Below, in pieces: positions 57,281 to 64,000 of a stretch of 64,000 nucleotides of DNA; the first letter of the stretch is position 1; each line of letters opens with the position of its first letter. The translations under genes were made by a program, and so were the position numbers. The notes under the pieces are model-generated. The model made no database searches, was not told the DNA's origin, and saw nothing but the letters and a program-made list of their open reading frames with translations. Source of the stretch: Eledone cirrhosa (taxonomy: Eukaryota); the NCBI GenBank assembly GCA_964016885.1, contig OZ024751.1, positions 2,294,001-2,358,000 on the forward strand. The letters are read 5' to 3'.

Positions 57281-60200
57281 TCATATTGAACTTTCTCTGT
57301 TGAACTGTCATGCTGAACCTTCCCTGTTGAACTGTCATATTGAACTTTCTCTGTTGAACTGTCATACTGAATCTTCTCTGTTGAACTGTCATGTTGAACC
57401 TTCCCTGTTGAACTGTCATGTTGGACCTTCCCTGTGTAACTGTCATCTTGAACCTTCCCTGTTGAACTGTCATATTGAACTTTCTCTGTTGAACTGTCAT
57501 GCTAAACCTTCCCTGTTTAACTGTAATGCTGAACCTTCTCTGTTGAACTGTCATATTGAACTTTCTCTGTTGAAATGTCATTCTGAACCTTCCCTGTTGA
57601 ACTGTCATGCTTAACCTTCCCTGTTTAACTGTCATATTGAACTTTCACTGTTGAACTGTCATGCTGAACCTTCCCTGTTTAACTGTCATGTTGAACTTTC
57701 TCTGTTTAACTGTCATATTGTACTTTCTCTGTCGAACTGTCATGCTGAACCTTCTTTGTTGAGCTGTCATGTTGAACCTTCTCTGTTGAACTGTCATGTT
57801 GAACTGTCATGTTGAACCTTCTCTGTTGAACTATCATATTGAACCTTCTCTTTTGAACTGTCATGCTGGACATTCTCTGTTGAACTGTCATATTGAACCC
57901 TCTCTGTATAACTGTCATATTGAACCTTCTCAGTTTAACTGTCATATTGAACTTTCTCTGTTAAACTGTCATGCTGAACCTTCCCTGTTGAACTGTCATG
58001 TTGAACTTTCTCTGTTGAACTGTCATACTGAACCTTCTCTGTTGAACTGTCATATTGAACTTTCTCTGTTGAACTGTCATGTTGAACCTACTCTGTTGAA
58101 CTGTCATTCTGAAACTTCCTTTTCGAGCTGTCATGTTGCACCTTCTCTGTTGAACTGTCATGTAGATCTGTCATGTTGAACCTTCTCTGTTGAACTGTCA
58201 TATTGAACCTTCTCTGTTGAACTGTCATGTTGGACCTTCTCTGTTGAACTGTCATATTGAACCTTCTCCGTATAACTGTCATATTGAACCTTCTCAGATT
58301 AACTGTCATATTGAACTTTCTCTGTTGAACTGTCATACTGAACCTTCTCTGTTTAACTGTAATATTGAACTTTCTCTGTTGAACTGTCATGCTGAACCTT
58401 CCCTGTTGAACTGTGATATTGAACCTTCCCTGTTGAACTGTCATGTTGGACCTTCCCTGTTTAACTGTCATATTGAACCTTCCCTGTTGAACAGTCATAT
58501 TGAACTTTCTCTGTTGAACTGTCATGATGAACCTTCCCTGTTTAACTGTAATGCTGAACCTTCTCTGTTGAACTGTCATATTGAACTTTCTCTGTTGAAC
58601 TGTCATGTTGAACCTTCCCTGTTGAACTGTCATGCTGAACCTTCCTTGTTGAGCCGTCATTTTGAACCTTCTCTGTTGAACTGTCATGTTGAACTGTCAG
58701 GTTGAACCTTCTCTATTGACTGTCATATTGAACCTTATTTGTTGAACTGTCATGTTGGACCTTCACTGTTGAACTGTCATATTGAACCTTCTCTGTTTAA
58801 CTGTCATATTGAACCTTCCCTGTTGAACTGTCCTATTGGACCTTCCCTGTTTAACTGTCATATTGAACCTTCCCTGTTTAAATGTCATGCTGAACCTTCT
58901 CTGTTGAACTGTCATATTGAACTTTCTCTGTTGAACTGTCATGCTGAAGCTTCCCTGTTGAACTGTTATGCTGAACCTTCCTTGTTGAGCCGTCATGTTG
59001 AACCTTCTTTGTTGAACTGTCGCGTAGAACTGGTATGTTGAACCTTCTCTGTTGACTGTCATATTGAACCTTCTCTGTTGAACTGTCATATTGAACCTTC
59101 TCTGTTGAACTGTCATGTTGGACATTCTCTGTTGAACTGTCATATTGAACCATCTCTGTAGAACTGTCATATTGAACCTTTTCTGTTTAACTGTCATATT
59201 GAACTTTCTCTGTTGAACTGTCATGCTGAATCTTCCCTGTTGAACTGTCATGTTGAACTTTCTCAGTTGAACTGTCATACTGAACCTTCTCTGTTGAACT
59301 GTCATATTGAACCTTCCCTGTTTAACTGTCATGTTGAACCTTCTCTGTTTAACTGTCATATTGAACTTTCTCTGTTGAACTGTCATGCTGAACCTTCCCT
59401 GTTGAACTGTCATATTGAACTTTCTCTGTTGAACTGTCATACTGAATCTTCTCTGTTGAACTGTCATGTTGAACCTTCCCTGTTGAACTGTCATGTTGGA
59501 CCTTCCCTGTGTAACTGTCATCTTGAACCTTCCCTGTTGAACTGTCATATTGAACTTTCTCTGTTGAACTGTCATGCTAAACCTTCCCTGTTTAACTGTA
59601 ATGCTGAACCTTCTCTGTTGAACTGTCATATTGAACTTTCTCTGTTGAAATGTCATTCTGAACCTTCCCTGTTGAACTGTCATGCTTAACCTTCCCTGTT
59701 TAACTGTCATATTGAACTTTCACTGTTGAACTGTCATGCTGAACCTTCCCTGTTTAACTGTCATGTTGAACTTTCTCTGTTTAACTGTCATATTGTACTT
59801 TCTCTGTCGAACTGTCATGCTGAACCTTCTTTGTTGAGCTGTCATGTTGAACCTTCTCTGTTGAACTGTCATGTTGAACTGTCATGTTGAACCTTCTCTG
59901 TTGAACTATCATATTGAACCTTCTCTTTTGAACTGTCATGCTGGACATTCTCTGTTGAACTGTCATATTGAACCCTCTCTGTATAACTGTCATATTGAAC
60001 CTTCTCAGTTTAACTGTCATATTGAACTTTCTCTGTTAAACTGTCATGCTGAACCTTCCCTGTTGAACTGTCATGTTGAACTTTCTCTGTTGAACTGTCA
60101 TACTGAACCTTCTCTGTTGAACTGTCATATTGAACTTTCTCTGTTGAACTGTCATGTTGAACCTACTCTGTTGAACTGTCATTCTGAAACTTCCTTTTCG

Positions 60201-61473
60201 AGCTGTCATGTTGCACCTTCTCTGTTGAACTGTCATGTAGATCTGTCATGTTGAACCTTCTCTGTTGAACTGTCATATTGAACCTTCTCTGTTGAACTGT
60301 CATGTTGGACCTTCTCTGTTGAACTGTCATATTGAACCTTCTCCGTATAACTGTCATATTGAACCTTCTCAGATTAACTGTCATATTGAACTTTCTCTGT
60401 TGAACTGTCATACTGAACCTTCTCTGTTTAACTGTAATATTGAACTTTCTCTGTTGAACTGTCATGCTGAACCTTCCCTGTTGAACTGTGATATTGAACC
60501 TTCCCTGTTGAACTGTCATGTTGGACCTTCCCTGTTTAACTGTCATATTGAACCTTCCCTGTTGAACAGTCATATTGAACTTTCTCTGTTGAACTGTCAT
60601 GATGAACCTTCCCTGTTTAACTGTAATGCTGAACCTTCTCTGTTGAACTGTCATATTGAACTTTCTCTGTTGAACTGTCATGTTGAACCTTCCCTGTTGA
60701 ACTGTCATGCTGAACCTTCCTTGTTGAGCCGTCATTTTGAACCTTCTCTGTTGAACTGTCATGTTGAACTGTCAGGTTGAACCTTCTCTATTGACTGTCA
60801 TATTGAACCTTATTTGTTGAACTGTCATGTTGGACCTTCACTGTTGAACTGTCATATTGAACCTTCTCTGTTTAACTGTCATATTGAACCTTCCCTGTTG
60901 AACTGTCCTATTGGACCTTCCCTGTTTAACTGTCATATTGAACCTTCCCTGTTTAAATGTCATGCTGAACCTTCTCTGTTGAACTGTCATATTGAACTTT
61001 CTCTGTTGAACTGTCATGCTGAAGCTTCCCTGTTGAACTGTTATGCTGAACCTTCCTTGTTGAGCCGTCATGTTGAACCTTCTTTGTTGAACTGTCGCGT
61101 AGAACTGGTATGTTGAACCTTCTCTGTTGACTGTCATATTGAACCTTCTCTGTTGAACTGTCATATTGAACCTTCTCTGTTGAACTGTCATGTTGGACAT
61201 TCTCTGTTGAACTGTCATATTGAACCATCTCTGTAGAACTGTCATATTGAACCTTTTCTGTTTAACTGTCATATTGAACTTTCTCTGTTGAACTGTCATG
61301 CTGAATCTTCCCTGTTGAACTGTCATGTTGAACTTTCTCAGTTGAACTGTCATACTGAACCTTCTCTGTTGAACTGTCATATTGAACCTTCCCTGTTTAA
61401 CTGTCATGTTGAACCTTCTCTGTTTAACTGTCATATTGAACTTTCTCTGTTGAACTGTCATGCTGAACCTTCC
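57281..61473. repeat. Tandem duplication, period 2075 bp, apparently near-identical copies; a further partial copy at about 63400-64000
   Basis: Identical ORF translations at offset 2075 (57796/59871, 58190/60265, 58739/60814, 58878/60953). ORF 63424-63996 matches 58088 and 60163. Private variants ctgtgtaactgtcatcttg, ttttcgagc, cagattaac and gtcctattgg recur. Confidence 0.93.
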
Positions 61474-64000
61474 TTGTTGAGCTGTCATGTTGAACCTTCT
61501 CTGTTGAACTGTCATGTTGAACTGTCATGTTGAACATTCTCTGTTGAACTGTCATGTTGAACCTTCTCTGTTGAACTATCATGTTGGACCTTCTCTGTTG
61601 AACTGTCATATTGAACCTTCTCTGTAGAACTGTCATATTGAACCTTCTCTATTTAACTGTCATATTGAACCTTCCCTGTTAAACTGTCATGTTGGACCTT
61701 TCCTGTTGAACTGTCATGTTGGACCTTCCCTGTTTAACTGTCATATTGAACCTTCCCTGTTGAACTGTCATCTTGAACATTCCCTGTTGAATTGTCATGC
61801 TGAACCTTCTCTGTTGAACTGTCATATTGAACTGTCTCTGTTGAACAGTCATGCTGAACTTTCCCTGTTGAACTGTCATGCTGAACCTTCCTTGTTGAGC
61901 CGTCATGTTGAACCTTCTCTGTTGAACTGTCATGTTGAACTGTCAAGTTGAACCTTCTCTGTTGACTGTCATATTGAACCTTATCTGTTGAACTCTCATG
62001 TTGGACCTTCTCTGTTGAACTGTCATATTGAACCTTCTCTTTAGAATTGTCATAGTGAACCTTCTCTGTTTAACTGTCATATTGAACTTTCTCTGTTGAA
62101 CTGTCATGCTGAACCTTCCCTGTTGAACTGTCATGTTGAACTTTCTCTTTTGAACTGTCATACTGAAGCTTCTCTGTTGAACTTTCATATTGAAGCTTCC
62201 ATGTTGAACTGTCATATTGAACTTTCTCTGTTGAACTGTCATGCTGAACCTTCTTTGTTGAGCTGTCATGTTGAACCTTCTCTGTTGAACTGTCATGTTG
62301 AATTGTCATGTTGAACCTTCTCTGTTGAACTGTCATATTGAACCTTCTCTTTTGAACTGTCATGCTGTACATTCTCTGTTGAACTGTCATATTGAACCTT
62401 CTCTGTATAACTGTCATATTGAACCTTCTCAGTTTAACTGTCATATTGAACTTTCTCTGTTGAACTGTCATGCTGAACCTTCCCTGTTGAACTGTCATGT
62501 TGAACTATCTCTGTTGAACTGTCATACTGAAGCTTCTCTGTTGAACTGTGATATTCAACTTTCTCTGTTGAACTGTCATACTGAAGCTTCTCTGTTGAAC
62601 TGTCATATTGAATCTTCCCTGTTGAACTGTCATGTTGGACCTTCCCTGTTTAACTGTCATATTGAACCTTCCCTGTTGAACTGTCATATTGAACTTTCTC
62701 TGTTGAACTGTCATGATGAACCTTCCCTGTTTAACTGTAATGCTGAACCTTCTCTGTTGAACTGTCATATTGAACTTTCTCTGTTGAAATGTCATGCTGA
62801 ACATTCCCTGTTGAACTGTCATGCTTAACCTTCCCTGTTTAACTGTCATATTGAACTTTCTCTGTTGAACTGTCATGCTGAACCTTCTCTGTTGAACTGT
62901 CATATTGAACCTTCTCTGTTTAACTGTCTTATTGAACTTTTTCTGTTGAACTGTCATGCTGAACCTTCCCTGTTGAACTGTCATGCTGAACATTCCCTCT
63001 TTAACTGTCATGCTGAACCTTGCCGGTTTAACTGTCATATTGAACTTTCTCTGTTGAACTGTCATGTTGAACCATCTCTGTTGAACTGTCATATTGAACC
63101 TTCCCTGTTTAACTGTCATGTTGGACCTTCTCTGTTGAACTGTCATATTGAACTTTCTCTGTTGAACTGTCATGCTGAACCTTCTCTGATGAAATGTCAT
63201 GTTGAACCTTCTCTGTTGAACTGTCATGTTGAACCTTCTATGTTGAACTGTCATATTGAGCCTTCTCAGTTGAACTGTCATGTTGAACCTTCTCTGTTGA
63301 ACTGTCATGATGAACCTTCTCTGTTGAACTGTCATATTGAACCACCCTTGTTGAAATGTCATGCTGAACCTTCCCTGTTGAACTATTATATTTAACTTTC
63401 TCTGTTGAACTGTCATGTTGAACCTACTCTGTTGAACTGTCATTCTGAAACTTCCTTTTCGAGCTGTCATGTTGCACCTTCTCTGTTGAACTGTCATGTA
63501 GATCTGTCATGTTGAACCTTCTCTGTTGAACTGTCATATTGAACCTTCTCTGTTGAACTGTCATGTTGGACCTTCTCTGTTGAACTGTCATATTGAACCT
63601 TCTCCGTATAACTGTCATATTGAACCTTCTCAGATTAACTGTCATATTGAACTTTCTCTGTTGAACTGTCATACTGAACCTTCTCTGTTTAACTGTAATA
63701 TTGAACTTTCTCTGTTGAACTGTCATGCTGAACCTTCCCTGTTGAACTGTGATATTGAACCTTCCCTGTTGCACTGTCATGTTGGACCTTCCCTGTTTAA
63801 CTGTCATATTGAACCTTCCCTGTTGAACAGTCATATTGAACTTTCTCTGTTGAACTGTCATGATGAACCTTCCCTGTTTAACTGTAATGCTGAACCTTCT
63901 CTGTTGAACTGTCATATTGAACTTTCTCTGTTGAACTGTCATGTTGAACCTTCCCTGTTGAACTGTCATGCTGAACCTTCCTTGTTGAGCCGTCATTTTG

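Larger units (their letters stand above)
1..64000. repeat. 27-bp tandem satellite array, consensus GTTGAACTGTCAT(A/G)(T/C)TGAAC(C/T)TTC(T/C)CT, about 2,370 head-to-tail monomers, truncated at both window ends
   Basis: Seen directly: 1-27 gttgaactgtcatattgaactttctct, 28-54 gttgaactgtcatactgaagcttctct, 55-81 gttgaactgtcatattgaaccttccat, and so on to 64000. The ORF track shows 9-aa periodicity everywhere. No non-repeat interruption and no reverse-orientation monomers were seen. Confidence 0.99.

Noticed and set aside
44-62590. Frequent HindIII sites (AAGCTT) and a few BglII sites (AGATCT)
   Set aside because: These are by-products of single monomer variants. They are useful for Southern ladder assays but are not evidence of function or cloning.
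2-63395. Plus-strand Cys/His-rich repeat ORFs (LNCHIEPSL)n suggesting a metal-binding or LRR-like repeat protein
   Set aside because: Same artefact. Most starts are TTG/ATG inside the repeat, the common variants are non-synonymous (I/V/A/T, P/L, L/F), and stops (TAA in gcttaacc and atttaac, TAG in gtagaa) recur in duplicated blocks. Ribosome profiling or proteomics would be needed to revive this.
1-64000. CRISPR array (units start GTTGAA, contain ATTGAAC, and are of CRISPR-repeat-like length)
   Set aside because: The units are directly head-to-tail with no unique spacers, there is no leader, and no cas genes are present.
1-64000. tRNA/SINE B-box similarity (GGTTCAA on the minus strand)
   Set aside because: Only the GTTCRA core matches. 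The downstream C of GTTCRANNC is absent, and there is no A-box or cloverleaf.
1-64000. Telomerase-type telomeric repeat or a technical concatemer (adapter or rolling-circle artefact)
   Set aside because: There is no G-rich telomere-like strand. Templated or artefactual concatemers would give uniform units with random errors, not shared variants inherited in nested kb-scale blocks. Individual perfect duplications could still be assembly errors.

Overview
The whole 64 kb window is one uninterrupted, single-orientation tandem satellite array that runs off both ends. The monomer is 27 bp, consensus GTTGAACTGTCAT-RYTGAACYTTCYCT (about 37-40% GC, T-rich on +, no CpG in the consensus), giving roughly 2,370 copies (64000/27). 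Each monomer is made of a 13-bp half (A) and a related 14-bp half (B), both starting RTTGAAC. I found no unique sequence, gene, RNA gene, transposon, inversion or CRISPR spacer. All listed ORFs (LNCHIEPSL, MTVQQRRFN, DSSTEKVQH) arise because 27 bp is 9 codons and some frames of the monomer lack stops. The informative structure is in the variants: recent tandem block duplications of about 0.47-4.9 kb, recurrent indel landmarks, and a nested, roughly symmetric distribution of diagnostic variants centred near 33-41 kb that resembles layered expansion of centromeric or heterochromatic satellite. Tolerated variation also tends to fall at the centres of two small dyads, GTTnAAC and GAAnnTTC. The host is probably eukaryotic (inference). 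I cannot name the organism or satellite family. Block boundaries were read by eye and from ORF-track offsets and are approximate to about one monomer.
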